Below are positions 24,153 to 37,655 of a stretch of 64,000 nt of DNA, in pieces. Positions within the stretch are counted from its first letter, which is position 1, and every line of letters starts with the position of its first letter. This DNA is from Octopus vulgaris. Lineage: Eukaryota. The notes under the pieces were generated by a model that saw only the letters and a list, made by a program, of their open reading frames with translations, was not told the DNA's origin and did not search any database. The stretch is from NCBI GenBank assembly GCA_951406725.2, contig OX597842.1, positions 25,668,001 to 25,732,000 of the forward strand, written 5' to 3'. Both the position numbers and the translations under genes were made by a program.

Positions 24153-25689
24153 GTAATTGTTTTGAATGTTGGTATTCACAAGAGAAATTCTTTGCCTGCG
24201 TGCTTCACCCATTTTCCAATCTCTCGTTTTATACTGTTGGAATTTTCATGCTGCTGTCTAAATATAAATACAAATTTGACTGTGCAGAACTACCTTTGTG
24301 TGTCTGCTGCCCTCCATTCTCAGATATGCCCTACTCAGTGCAAGAATAAGGTAGTGAGGGCCTGCATATTGTCTGTGCCAATGTGGTTCTTATTGTGTAT
24401 TTAAATCTGTCATGAATTCTGATTTGTCAGATATTTCTTAAGCCATACAGCTTGTACAATTCCTAATATTCTCTCCATCAATGGGTACCCTGCATCTAAT
24501 CTAGATGGATTTAAACCAATAAAACATGGCACAGCTGGAGCAGATTGATGAATCAGAAGTTACTACAGAAGTTCAGATTGTACACTGGCACTACGGGTTG
24601 TACAATTCCTCCTCGTTTCAGTACATTTCCTCTTTTGGTATTGCAGGTTTTCTGTTCTGAATTCTTCTATTGAGCATATCGGATCTTTACTAAGAGAGAG
24701 AGAAACAAGTGAAGCAGAAAGTTGGTTCTGTTCTGACGTTTTTCATTAGAGCCATTGCAGTAGTCCATGCTGTTTTTTGGATGGTGATTCAGATATTTGC
24801 TTTCTTGATGGAAACAGTCCAGTTGCTTCCTTTCAGTTTTGGAGAATACATGGGGTCTTCTTTGACCAATTTGTTGTCCCTTTGTTTCATATTGCAATTT
24901 GTATAAAAAAGGAAATTTAGACATAGAAATCTACTTTTCTGCTACTGTTTTCCTTCTTTATATGAGAATGTGCTACCCATCATAACTGTGATCAGATAAT
25001 GTGGGCCTTTGTGCTAACTTTGCCATTGTGGTGTTGTTTGAACTTCTTGTAGTTGTCTCCGTATCGTCTGATTCCCCTATTGTAAAACAATTTTTAGCAT
25101 TTGCTTTCTTGATGGAAACAGTTCTGCTGCCTCTTATGGATTTTGAAGAATGCATGGATTTTCCATTGACCAATTTTTTGTCCCTTTGTTTCATCGGGCC
25201 ATGTTTATATATATAGAAAGGAAATTTGGACCTAGAAATCAACTTTTCTGCTTCTGTTTTCCTTCATTATATGAGAATATGCTTCCCATCATATCAGTGA
25301 TCAGATAATGTGGGCCTTTGTGCTAACTTTGCTTTTGTGGTGTTGTTTGAACTTCTTGTAGTTGTCTCCGTATCATCTGATTCCCTTTTTGCAAAATAAT
25401 TTTTTTGCATTTGCTATCTTGATCGAAATAGTCCTGCTGCCTCTTTTGGATTTTGGAGAATGCATGTTTCAGATACGTCTATTTCCACTATTGTAAAGCA
25501 GTTTTTAGCATTTGCTTTCATAATTGAAGCAGTCCTGCTGCCTTTTTTTACATTTTATAGAAAACTTGGATTTTCCATTGAGCAATTTGTTGTCCCTTTG
25601 TTTCATAGGGCCATGTGTATATAGAAAGGAATTTCTGGACATAGAAATCTGCTTTGCAGCCTCTATTTTCCTTTATCATGTGAGAATGT

Positions 25690-27966
25690 GATATATTGAA
25701 GAGGATCAGTGAAAGCGTGTCCCCCTGCCTAACACCTCGACGAATCTCTATGCGTTCACTAACTTGCCCACCAACTGAGAATCTGGTAGTACTGCCTTCA
25801 TAGATCCCCTCTACAAGTGCTATAACATGCTCGTGGAACCTAAGTCTCCGCAGTCCCGCTTACATAAGAGAGTGCGAGACTGTATCGAAGGCCTTCGCGA
25901 GATCCAAAAAGGCAACCTCCAGCCGCATTATTCTCAGCTGTGCTTGCCTCCCCATCGTGCGACTGATGAGCTGCTGAAGGAGAACCGAGTTGTCACTGCA
26001 GCCGTCAGCGCGGATAAAGCCTCTTTGGCTTGGATTAAGAGGAGTTACCTGAAGCATGCGCTTGGCGACCATCTTAGAAAATAAACGATAAACCGCAGAG
26101 CATATTGTAATTGGTCACCATTTTGCAAGATCGTATGGGTCGTCCGATCTCTTGGGTATGAGAATCGACTTCCCCCGCTTCAGGATCTCGGGTACTTTAC
26201 CCGCCAGCAACATGCAGTTGCATATATTAGTTAGAACAGCTGGGTCCATCGCTTTAATTTCACCTATAGTGATACCGTCTGGACCCGCCGCTGAGGAGAT
26301 CTTCATCTGACGTCTACTTACCTTAATCTCCCCCACGGAGAATGGACTCAAGATGGAGTCGTTCTCAACCTGGGAGGAGGAGGGGTAGTTCTTCAGATCT
26401 ACCTCAGGGCCTGGAGCGGAAAGCCTGCCCTTATAAAATTCCTCTATTGAATAGATTGGAATAGGGCATTCCCGCTCCCTGTTTTCACCTAACACAACTG
26501 CAAGGAGCTTCTTCCTATTCTTTCTAAATAAATCTTGATGTCGGGCATAAGCTTGACGCTTATCCCGATGCCTAGGCTTAATGTTACTCTTGTTCGGTGT
26601 GTTCCTATCGCTAGCTAAATTTCTCCTGTTGTTGGTAACTACCCTACGCGATTTATAATGCTCCACCCAGTCCTCTATAGTTTTCTCAAATGAGCCCCAA
26701 GCAATCGCTGTCCCGTCTTCCACGAGTTCCAAAAGGGCCTCGGAGAGGACTGCAGACCAGCGGGTATGCCCGGGGCATGCAGAATCGAGGAAGGGGTACC
26801 TCCAGTCAAAACTAGACTGGGGTTCTCCCCCGATTTGTGATTGGGAGTTGGTCGTGGACTGTTCTGTCCCTTGATGACTCTTGCGAGCCCTTTTGGCCAG
26901 ATCAGCCCTTTTCGATCCCACCTGTTTGGCTGTTTTGCCCGCTAGGAATTGTGCAATGGCAGCATTGATCTGCTTTACCCCTGTCTTCTTCAGCTCAGAC
27001 TCCTTTTCAACGAGGACCGCTACTTCCTCTTCGGACCAACAGCCCCTGCATCTTTGGCCAAAAGCCTCAGCAGCGGCTGGCCGATCGGCACATTTCTTTG
27101 TAATTTCTTCAAGGCGAGCAGCAATCCTGCGGGCATTCGCCTCAACAGGATGCTTATGCTGCGATCGACCTACAGCCGTCAAAAAAGAACGGCTGCAGTG
27201 GTCACAATCAAAGGAGGCTAGAGCCGGACTAGGGGCAGGTGCTCTAAATGCACTGCCATCACATCTACCAGCGTGACACCTCAAAGAATGGAGGTGACCG
27301 CTTTCCCTATCACATTTGATGCATCTGTAGACAGGTCTAATACCATGTCTACAGATAACATGCTACCCCCATGAATGGGGGGAGGAGAAGTGCAGAGGAC
27401 ATAGCGGGCAGGCTATGGAGCAAGACGCACAGGGAATTGCAAGTGAGAATTCTCTACCACCTGGAGTGGGGCTTGATACCCCCACTACCTCCTCTCGATC
27501 CATTTCTAAATTAAGAGAATGAATGGGGAGGTCCCTAGCATCACCCTCTCTGTCCGTCTCTAACGAAAACCGGACTTCATCGATGGGGTCATGTGCTAGG
27601 TCCAGTGGGAGTTGTTCTCCTCTCACTATCAGGGAATGTTCTTTGTATTCTAGTCTAAATATGTTTACTCTATTTCTGTAATACTTCAGTGTCGGACGCA
27701 AAGTTAAGCGCCCGACACTGGTCCTGTCGATGCCTATTGAGCCACTTGGACTTACTTGCACCGGAGATGACTCGTTGTCCCGTGCAAGGGAGGGTAGTCC
27801 TTCGGCCGACTGCATTTGGTTAATGCCGTCAGCCTGACGTGTGGGCCCCATCCCGGACTCACAGGCCACCAGTTTGGCGGCGCCTGGCTGCCGTATGTTT
27901 CTGAACTTAATAGTTAGCATCACTATTCCTAGCGGCATTTTACTAGGGATCCTAGCCGAAACGATA
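25690..27966 (-). mobile_element. R2 copy 6, near-identical to copy 5
   Basis: ORFs 27363-27938, 26115-27284 and 25860-26072. Confidence 0.95.
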
Positions 27967-28150
27967 AAGAGTCATAGTTACTCCCGCCGTTTACCCACGC
28001 TTGGTTGAATTTCTTCACTTTGACATTCAGAGCACAGGGCAGAAATCACATCGCGTCTGTGCGGCTTGGCCGGCTACGCGATGCTCTGTTTTAATTACTG
28101 TCGGATTCCCCCGGTCCGAACCAGTTCCGAATCGACCATTCACAGCAGGC
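27967..28150 (-). rRNA. 28S rRNA fragment
   Basis: Same variant as 4901-5086 (tccgaaccagttccgaatcgaccattcacagcaggc). Confidence 0.94.
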
Positions 28151-28511
28151 TGAACGCCTGCCTGTCTACGCTGTCAAATGCTTTTTCAAAGTCAACAAAG
28201 CACACACATAGTGGCCTTTGCCATTCCATTGTCTGCTCCACGATGACTCTGAGTGTCACAATCTTATCCGTGCATGATCTCTCCTTTCCGAGACCTGCCT
28301 GATCATCTCTGAGTGACTTGTCAATGGTATCTTTCAATTGCTCCAGGATGATTCTTGTAAGGACTTTGCTTGGAATGGAAAGCAAGGTAATTCCTCTCCA
28401 TTTTCACTTTGTGATAAAATCCCCACTCTTCGGCAGCTTCACCGAAAGAACCTTCTTCCAGTCGTTTGGGATCTTCTCTGTCCTCCGTACCAAGTTCAGC
28501 ACATGGAGCAT
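28151..28511 (-). mobile_element. RTE-like RT fragment
   Basis: ORF 28140-28385. Confidence 0.87.
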
Positions 28512-30179
28512 GTAATTCGTTTTGAATGTTGGTATTCACAAGAGAAATACTTTCCCTGCGTGCTTCAACCATTTTCCAATCTCTCTTGTTTTATACTGTT
28601 TTGTTTTGAAGTTTTTTCATTGCAACAATTGCTGCTTTCAAAGAGATTTCTTTGATACCAATTCTGACATTGGTATCTGGATTTTTGTTATCAATATTTT
28701 TGCACTCAAATTGTTTCTGAAGATCAGAAAGGATCTTATTTGACCAGTTCATCTCTTCATTTCATGCTGCTGTCTAAATATAAATACAAATTTGACTGTG
28801 CAGAACTACCTTTGTGTGTCTGCTGCCCTCCATTCTCACATATGTCCTACTCAGTGCAACAATAAGGTAGTGAGGGCCTGCATATTGTCTGTGCCAATGT
28901 GGTTCTCATTGTGTATTTAAATCTGTTGTGAATTCTGATTTGTCAGATATTTCTTAAGCAACACAGCTTGTACAATTCCCAATATTCTTTCCATCAATGG
29001 GTACCCTGCATCTAACCCAGATGGATTTAAACCAATAAAACATGGCACAGCTGGAGCAGATTGATGAATCAGAAGTTACTACAGAAGTTTAAATTTCACA
29101 TTTGCGACACCAGTTGTACAATTCCTCCTTGTTTCAGTACATTTCCTCTTTTGGTATTGCAGTTTTTCTGTTCTGAATTCTTCTATTGAGCATATCGGAT
29201 CTTTACTAAGAGAGAGAGAAACTTGTGAAGCAGAAAGTTGGTTCTGTTCTGACGATTTTCATTAGAGCCATTGCAGTAGTCCATCCTGTTTTTTGGATGG
29301 TGATTCAGATATTTGCTTTCTTGATGGAAACAGTCCAGTTGCTTCCTTTCAGTTTTGGAGAATACATGGGGTCTTCTTTGACCAATTTGTTGTCCCTTTG
29401 TTTCATATTGCAATTTGTATAAAGAAAGGAAATTTGGACATAGAAATCTACTTTTCTGCTTCTGTTGCCCTACATTATGTGAGAATGAGCTACTCAGCAC
29501 AACAGTGTTCATGTAATGAGGGCCTTTCTGCTAACTTTGTCATTGTGGTGTAGTTAGAATTTTTGTTGTGGTTTCAGATATATGGAATTCCACTTCTGCA
29601 AATAAATGTTTAGCATTTGCTTCCTTGATGGAACCAGTCCTGCTGCCCCTTTTGGATTTTGGAGAATGCATGGATATTCCATTGATCAATTTGTTGTCCC
29701 TTTGTTTCATCGGGCCATGTTTATATATATACAAAGGAAATTTGGACGTAGAAATCAACTTTTCTGCTTCTGTTTTCCTTCATTATGTGAGATTGTGCTA
29801 CCCATCATAACTGTGATCAGATAATGTGGGCCGTTGTGCTAAATTTGCCATTGTGGTGTTGTTTGAACTTCTTGTAGTCGTCTCTGAAATGTCGGTTTCC
29901 CCTATTGGAAAACAATTTTTAGCATTTGCTTCCTGGATGGAACCAGTCCTGCTTCCTCTTTTGGATTTTGGAGAATGCATGTTTCAGATACGTCTATTTC
30001 CACTATTGTAAAGCAGTTTTTAGCATTTGCTTTCATAATTGAAGCAGTCCTGCTGCCTTTTTTTACATTTTGTAGAATACATGGATTTTCCATTGAGCAA
30101 TTTTTTGTCACTTTGTTTCATAGGGCCATGTGTATATAGAAAGTTGCTGCCTCTATTTTCCTTTATCATGTGAGAATGT

Positions 30180-33100
30180 GCTATATTGAAGAGGATCAGT
30201 GAAAGCGTGTCCCCCTGTCTAACACCTCGACGTATCTCTATGGGTTCACTAAGTTGCCCACCGACTGTGAATCTGGTAGTACTGCCTTCATAGATCCCCT
30301 CTACAAGCGCTATAACGTGCTCATGGAACCCAAGTCTCTGCAGTCCAGCAAACCCCAACGAGTGCAAGACTGTATCGAAGGCCTTCGAGAGATCCAAGAA
30401 GGCAACCTCCAGCCACGGTATTCTCAGCCGTGCTGGCCTCCCCATAGCACGACTAACGAGCTGCTGAAGGAGAAATGAATTCTCACTGCAGCCGTCAGCG
30501 TGGATAAAGCCTCTCTGGCTTGGATTAAGAGGAGTTACCTGAAGCATGCGTTTGGCGACCATTTTAGAGAATAAACGATACACCGCAGAACATATCGTAA
30601 TTGGTCGCCAGTTCGCAAGATCGTAGGGGTCGTTTGATCTCTTTGATACGAGGACAGACCTAACTCGCTTCAGGATATCGGGTACTTTACCTGCCAGCAA
30701 CATGCAGTTGCATATATTTGCTAGGACAGCTGGGTCCATTGCTTTGATTTCACCTATAGTGATGCCATCTGGACCCTCCGCTGAAGAGATCTTCATTTGT
30801 TTTCTACTCACCTTAATCTCCTCCATGGAGAACGGACTCAAGATGGAGTCGTTCTCAACCTGGGAGGAGGAGGGGTAGTTCTTCAGATCTACCTTAGGGC
30901 CTGGAGCGGAAAGCCTGCCCTTATAAAATTCCTCTTTTGAATAGATTGGAATAGGGCATTCCTGCTCCCTGTTTTCACCTAACACAACTGCAAGGAGCAT
31001 CTTCCTATTTTTTCTAAATAGATCCTGATGACTGGCATAAGCTTGACGCTTATCCCGTCGCCTAAGTCTAGTGTTACTCTTATTTTGGTTATTCCTATCA
31101 CTAACTAAATTTCTCCTGTTGTTGGTAACTACCCTGCGCGATTTATAATGCTCCACCCAGTCCTCTATAGTTTTCTCAAATGAGCCCCAAGCAATCGCTG
31201 TCCCGTCTTCCATGAGTTCCAAAAGGGCCTCGGAGAAGACTGCAGACCAGTGGGTATGCCCGGGGCATGCAGAATCGAGGAAGGATCCCTCCAGTCAGAA
31301 CTAGACTGGGGTTCTCCCCAGATCAGCCCTTTTCGATCCCACCTGCTTGGCTGTTTTGCCTGGTAGGAACCGTGCAATGGCTGCATTTATCTGCTTTACC
31401 CCCGTCTTCTTCAGCTCTGACTCCTTTTCAACGAGGACCGCTACTTCCTCGTCGGACCAACAGCCCCTGCGTCTTTGGCCTATTGCCTCAGCAGCGGCTG
31501 CCCGATTGGCACTTTTCTTTGCAATTTGCTCTAAGCGAGCAGCAATCCTGCGGGCATTCGCCACTACAGGATGCTTATGCCGAACGTGCTGCGATCGACT
31601 TATAGCCATCAAAAAAGAATGGCTACAGTGGTCACAATCAAAGGAGGCTAGAGCTGGACTGGGGGCAGGTGCTCTAAATGCACTGCCATCACATCTACCA
31701 GCGTGACCCCTCAAAGAATGGAGGTGACCACTTTCCCTATCACATTTGATGCATCTGTAGACAGGTCTAATACCATGTCTACAGATAACATGCTACCCCC
31801 ATGAATGGGGGGAGGAGAAGTGCAGAGGACATAGCGGGCAGGCTATGGAGCATGACGCGCAGGGAATTGTAAGTGAGAATTCTCTACCACCTGGAGTGGG
31901 GCTTGATACCCCCACTACCTCCTCTCGATCCATTTCTAAATTAAGAGAATGAATGGGGAGGTCCCTAGCAACCCCATCTTTGTCTGTCTCTAACGAAAAC
32001 CGGACTTCATCGATGGGGTCATGTGCTAGGTCGAGTGGGAGTTGTTCTCCTCTCACTATCAGGGAATTTTCTTTGTATTCTAATCTAAATATGTTTGCTC
32101 TATTTCTGTAATACTTCAGTGTCGGACGCAAAGTTAAGCGCCCGACACTGGTCCTGTCGATGCCTATTGAGCCACTTGGACTTACTTGCACCGGAGATGA
32201 CTCGTTGTCCCGTGCAAGGGAGGGTAGTCCTTCGGCCGACCGCATTTGGTTAATGCCGTCAGCCTGACGTGTGGGCCCCATCCCGGACCCACAGGCCACC
32301 AGTTTAACGGCGCCTGGCTGCCGTGTGTTCCTAAACTTATTAGTTAGCATCACTATTCTTAGCGGCATTTTACTAGGGATCCTAACTGAAACGATAAAGT
32401 TGAACTTAAAGGAGGTGCAATGCCAACCCCCAAAAGAAAGGCAAACTTAACCACTAACCTAGCCTCAAAATCCTAACGGCCGCCCACCCGAGTACGGAGA
32501 CAGACAACAAGCAGCCCACCCACCCCCGAGAACTATTACCCCCAGAAAGCACCTGGGGGACTTGTCTAGGCTAACCGGGACCGTGAGTGTATCCACCCCA
32601 GACCTGGAGCGGTGAACAAGAACGAGACACCCTATGATAAGTCCTACGATAGATCCTATTACGGAAACCTCAACCGGCGAGTGAGGCGATAAAACACACT
32701 CAAGGCAAATATAGAAGATACGGCTAAATTCTACCCGTCACAACCACCGGCTAGACCATTAATATCAAAAGGGCGCCCATCCCTATGATAATCGCCCCAT
32801 AATGGAGGCAAGAGAAAGGTCCTTCACTCTACACTGTTACAAGACAACTGCCCGACTGTAATAGCTGGACAGTCCCCCATCTACAGCCCGTGAAGGGCTC
32901 TATTCCTTAACGCCGCAGCTGGGTACCTAACTCACAGGCCCCTCCACACCAGCTCAGGAAAAACCGGCGATCCACACCGATGAACCAACCGGAAACCCCG
33001 GCCACTATACGCCTAAGACTACAATTTATTGGCTCTAAAATAAAGCCATGACCTTTACTTTCTTGTCCCCGAAGGGAGAACCGCCCACTATCCGACTCAC

Positions 33101-33630
33101 ACAAACAGTAGCGCTCACCGGGTCACTAAAGACCAAAAGGATTCTAAGGGTTCAGCCAGCAGCCGCTCAACCTAACCAGTAGGGAGGCATGCACCCCCTA
33201 TCAGAATCGCCCAAAATCCACTAGCTCCCCACCAAAATAAATTGGAACCGCTTTGGAGAAAGAAGGACACGTTTAGTTTGTCCGATACGGGGTTTTTATC
33301 CGGCATTGTGTAAAGCATATCCAGCATCGACCCCGCATGGACGTAAGCTCTCTAACCACGCCAAGGTAGTGTCCAAAAGGGTGAAGCCTGGCAGTGCATC
33401 CACCTGGCAGTGCATCCACCTGCCGAGTAAAAAAACAGTGAGCAAAGCCCACTGAATCCTGACAGGTCATAACATACTAGGTCATAACATACTAGGTCAT
33501 AACATACTAGGTCATAACATACTAGGTCATAACATACCAGGTCATAACATACCAGGTCATAACATACCAGGCCTACCTGTTAATGCATCCACCTCAAAAG
33601 AGGTCATAAGAAACAGGCCCCACAAGAGCC
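30180..33630 (-). mobile_element. R2 copy 7: full 5' UTR, 3'-truncated, paralog of copy 3
   Basis: ORFs 31793-32368, 31301-31714 and 30020-31222. Confidence 0.95.
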
Positions 33631-33662
<32 letters not shown>

Positions 33663-33776
33663 GTTGAATTTCTTCACTTTGACATTCAGAGCACAGGGCT
33701 ACGCGATGCTCTGTTTTAATTACTGTCGGATTCCCCCGGTCTGTACCAGTTTCGAGTCGACTGTTCACCGCCGGCA
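33631..33776 (-). rRNA. 28S rRNA fragment with internal deletion
   Basis: Same deletion variant as 10626-10771. Confidence 0.92.
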
Positions 33777-34136
33777 TAACGCCTGCCTGTCTATGCTATC
33801 AAATGCTTTTTCAAAGTCAACAAAGCACACACATAGTGGCCTTTGCCATTCCATTGTCTGCTCCACGATGACTCTGAGTGTCACAATCTTGTCCGTGCAT
33901 GATCTCTCTTTTCCGAGACCTGCCTGATCATCTCTGAGTGACTTGTCAATGGTATCTTTCAATTGCTCCAGGATGATTCTTGTAAGGACTTTGCTTGGAA
34001 TGGAAAGCAAGGTAATTCCTCTCCATTTCCACTTTGTGATAAAATCCCTACTCTTCGGCAGCTTCACTGAAAGAACCTTCTTCCAGTCGTTTGGGATCTT
34101 CTCTGTCCTCCGTACCAAGTTCAGCACATGGAGCAT
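33777..34136 (-). mobile_element. RTE-like RT fragment
   Basis: ORF 33765-34196. Confidence 0.88.
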
Positions 34137-35435
34137 GTAATGGTTTTGAATGTTGGTATTCACAAGAGAAATTCTTTGCCTGCGTGCTTCACCCATTTTC
34201 CAATCTCTCTTGTTTTATACTGTTTTGTTTTGAAGTTTTTCATTGCAACAATTGCTGCTTTCAAAGAAATTTCTTTGATACCAATTCTGACATTGGTATC
34301 TGGATTTTTGTTATCAATATTTTTGCACTCAAATTGTTTCTGAAGATCAGAAAGGATCTTCTTTGACCAGTTCATCTCTTCATTTCATGCTGCTGTCTAA
34401 ATATAAATACAAATTTGACTGTGCAGAACTACCTTTGTGTGTCTGCTGCCCTCCATTCTCAGATATGTCCTACTCAGTGCAACAATAAGGTAGTGAGGGC
34501 CTGCATATTGTCTGTGCCAATGTGGTTCTCATTGTGTATTTAAATCTGTTGTGAATTCTGATTTGTCAGATATTTCTTAAGCAACACAGCTTGTACAAAT
34601 CCCAATATTCTCTCCATCAATGGGTACCCTGCGTCTAACCCAGATGGATTTAAACCAATAAAACATGGCACAGCTGGAGCAGATTGATGAATCAGAAGTT
34701 ACTACAGAAGTTTAAATTTCACTTTTGCAACACCAGTTGTACAATTCCTCCTCGTTTCAGTACATTTCCTCTTTTGGTATTGCAGTTTTTCTGTTCTGAA
34801 TTCTTCTATTGAGCATATCGAATCTTTACTAAGGGAGAGAAAAACATGTGAAGCAGAAAGTTGGTTCTGTTCTGACGATTTTCCTTAGAGCCATTGCAGT
34901 AGTCCATGCTGTTTTTTGGATGGTGATTCAGATATTTGATAGAACAGGTCCAGTTGCTTCCTTTCGTTTTGGAGAATACATGGGGTCTTCTTTGACCAAT
35001 TTGTTGTCCCTTTGTTTCATTGTGCAATCCGTGTATAGAAAGTAAATTTAGACATAGAAATCTACTTTTCTGCTTCTGTTGCCCTACATTATGTGAGAAT
35101 GTGCTACTCAGCACAACAGTGTTCAGGTAATGAGGGCCTTTCTGCTAACTTTGTCATTGTGGTGTAGTTAGAATTTTTGTTGTGGTTTCAGATATATGGA
35201 ATTCCACTTCTGGAAAAAAATGTTTAGCATTTGCTTCCTTGATAGAACCAGTCCTGCTGCCTGTTTTGGATTTTGGAGAAATCATGGATATTCCATTGAC
35301 CAATTTGTTGTCCCTTTGTTTCATCGGGCTATATTTACATTTATATGTCCAAATTTCCTTTCTATATATAGTTTGCAGCCTCTGTTTTCCTTCATTATAT
35401 GAGAATGTGCTACCCAACAATATCGTGATCAGATA

Positions 35436-37464
35436 ATGTGGGCCTTTGTGCTAACTTTGTCATTGTAGTCTGGTTAGAATTTCTGTTGTTTCTGGAACAT
35501 TTGATTCCCCTATTGCAAAACAGTTTTTACCATTTCCTTCATGTCGTAGAAATCAAGGAGTGTCCAGCATTAAAAATTCAAGGAATGAGATGCAGAAAAG
35601 CCACAGTCAGTCCATTGTATTTCATAGCATCCTCAGAAAATCCCTCCATTCTCAGATATGTCCTACTCGGTGCAAGAATAAGGTAGTGAGGGCCTGCATA
35701 TTGTCTGTGCCAATGTGGTTCTTATTGTGTATTTACATCTGTTGTGACTTCTGATTGGCCAGATATTACTTTAGCAACACAGATTGTACAACTCCCAATA
35801 TTCTGTGAATCAATGGGTACCCAGCATCGATGAGACGTACCCTAGATGGATTTAAACCAATAAAACATGGCACAGCTGGAGCAGATTGATGAATCAGAAG
35901 TTACTACAGAAGTTCAGATTGTACACTGGCACTACAGGTTGTACAATTCCTCCTTGTTTCAGTACATTTCCTCTTTTGGTATTGCAGTTTTTCTGTTCTG
36001 AATTCTTCTATTGAGTATATCGGATCTTTACTAAGAGAGAGAGAAACTTGTGAAGCAGAAAGTTGGTTCTGTTCTGATGATTTTCATTAGAGCCATTGCA
36101 GTAGTCCATCCTGTTTTTTGGATGGTGATTCAGATATTTGCTTTCTTGATGGAAACAGTCCAGTTGCTTCCTTTCAGTTTTGGAGAATACATGGGGTCTT
36201 CTTTGACCAATTTGTTGTCCCTTTGTTTCATATTGCAATTTGTATAAAGAAAGGAAATTTGGACATAGAAATCTACTTTTCTGCTTCTGTTGCCCAACAT
36301 TATGGGAGAATGTGCTACCCATCACAACAGTGTTCAGGTAATGTGGGCCTTTGTGCTGACTTTGTCATTGTAGTTTGGTTAGAATTTCTGTTGTTTCTGG
36401 TACATTTGATTCCACTATTGCAAAACAGTTTTTACCATTTCCTTCATGTCGTAGAAATCAAGGAGTGTCCAGCATTAAAAATTCAAGGAATGAGATGCAG
36501 AAAAGCCACAGTCAGTCCATTGTATTTCATAGCGTCCTCAGAAAATCCCTCCATTCTCAGATATGTCCTACTCGGTGCAAGAATAAGGTAGTGAGGGCCT
36601 GCACCTTGTCTGTGCCAATGTGGTTCTTATTGTGTATTTACATCTGTTGTGACTTCTGATTGGCCAGATATTACTTTAGCAACACAGATTGTACAACTCC
36701 TAATATTCTGTGAATCAATGGGTACCCAGCATCGATGAGACATACCCTAGATGGATATAAACCCATAAAACATGGCACAGCTGGAGCAGATTGATGAATC
36801 AGAAGTTACTACAGAAGTTTAAATTTCACTTTTGCGACACCAGTTGTACAATTCCTCCTCGTTTCAGTACATTTCCTCTTTTGGTATTGCAGTTTTGCTG
36901 TTCTGAATTCTTCTATTGAGCATATCGAATCTTTACTAAGAGAGGGAAAAACATGTGAAGCAGAAAGTTGGTTCTGTTCTGACGTTTTTCCTTAGAGCCA
37001 TTGCAGTAGTCCATGCTGTTTTGTGGATGGTGATTCAGATATTTGCTTTCTTGATGGAAACAGTCCAGTTGCTTCCTTTCAGTTTTGGAGAATACATGGG
37101 GTCTTCTTTGACCAATTTGTTGTCCCTTTGTTTCATATTGCAATTTGTATAAAGAAAGGAAATTTGGACATAGAAATCTACTTTTCTGCTTCCGTTGACC
37201 AACATTATGGGAGAATGTGCTACCCATCACAATAGTGTTAAGGTAATGTGGGCCTTTGTGCTGACTTTGTCATTGTAGTTTGGTTAGAATTTCTGTTTCT
37301 GGAACATTTGATTCCACTATTGCAAAACAGTTTTTACCATTTCCTTCATGTCGTAGAAATCAAGGAGTGTCCAGCATTAAAAATTCAAGGAATGAGATGC
37401 AGAAAAGCCACAGTCAGTCCATTGTATTTCATAGCATCCTCAGAAAATCCCTCCATTCTCAGAT
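35436..37464. repeat. ~905-bp tandem duplication of spacer sequence (~2.2 copies, no R2)
   Basis: Equivalent ORF ends at 36008 and 36913. The gtagaaatcaaggagtgtccagc block occurs at ~35546, 36451 and 37353. Confidence 0.85.
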
Positions 37465-37655
37465 ATGCTTAGCGGTATATCGTCCGTCTTTACGTTCTGA
37501 GTTCAAATTCCGCCGAGGTTGACTTTGCCTTTCATCCTTTCGGGGTTGATTAAATAAGTACCAGTTAACCAGGGGTCGATATAATCGACTTAATCCGTTT
37601 GTCTGTCCTTGTTTGTCATCTCTGTGTTTAGCCCCTCGTGGGTGGTAAAGAAATA
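37465..37655 (+). mobile_element. tRNA-derived SINE, 5'-truncated
   Basis: gagttcaaattcc B box, then gactttgcctttcatcctttcgggg..taagtaccag core. Duplicate of 40271-40501. Confidence 0.85.
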
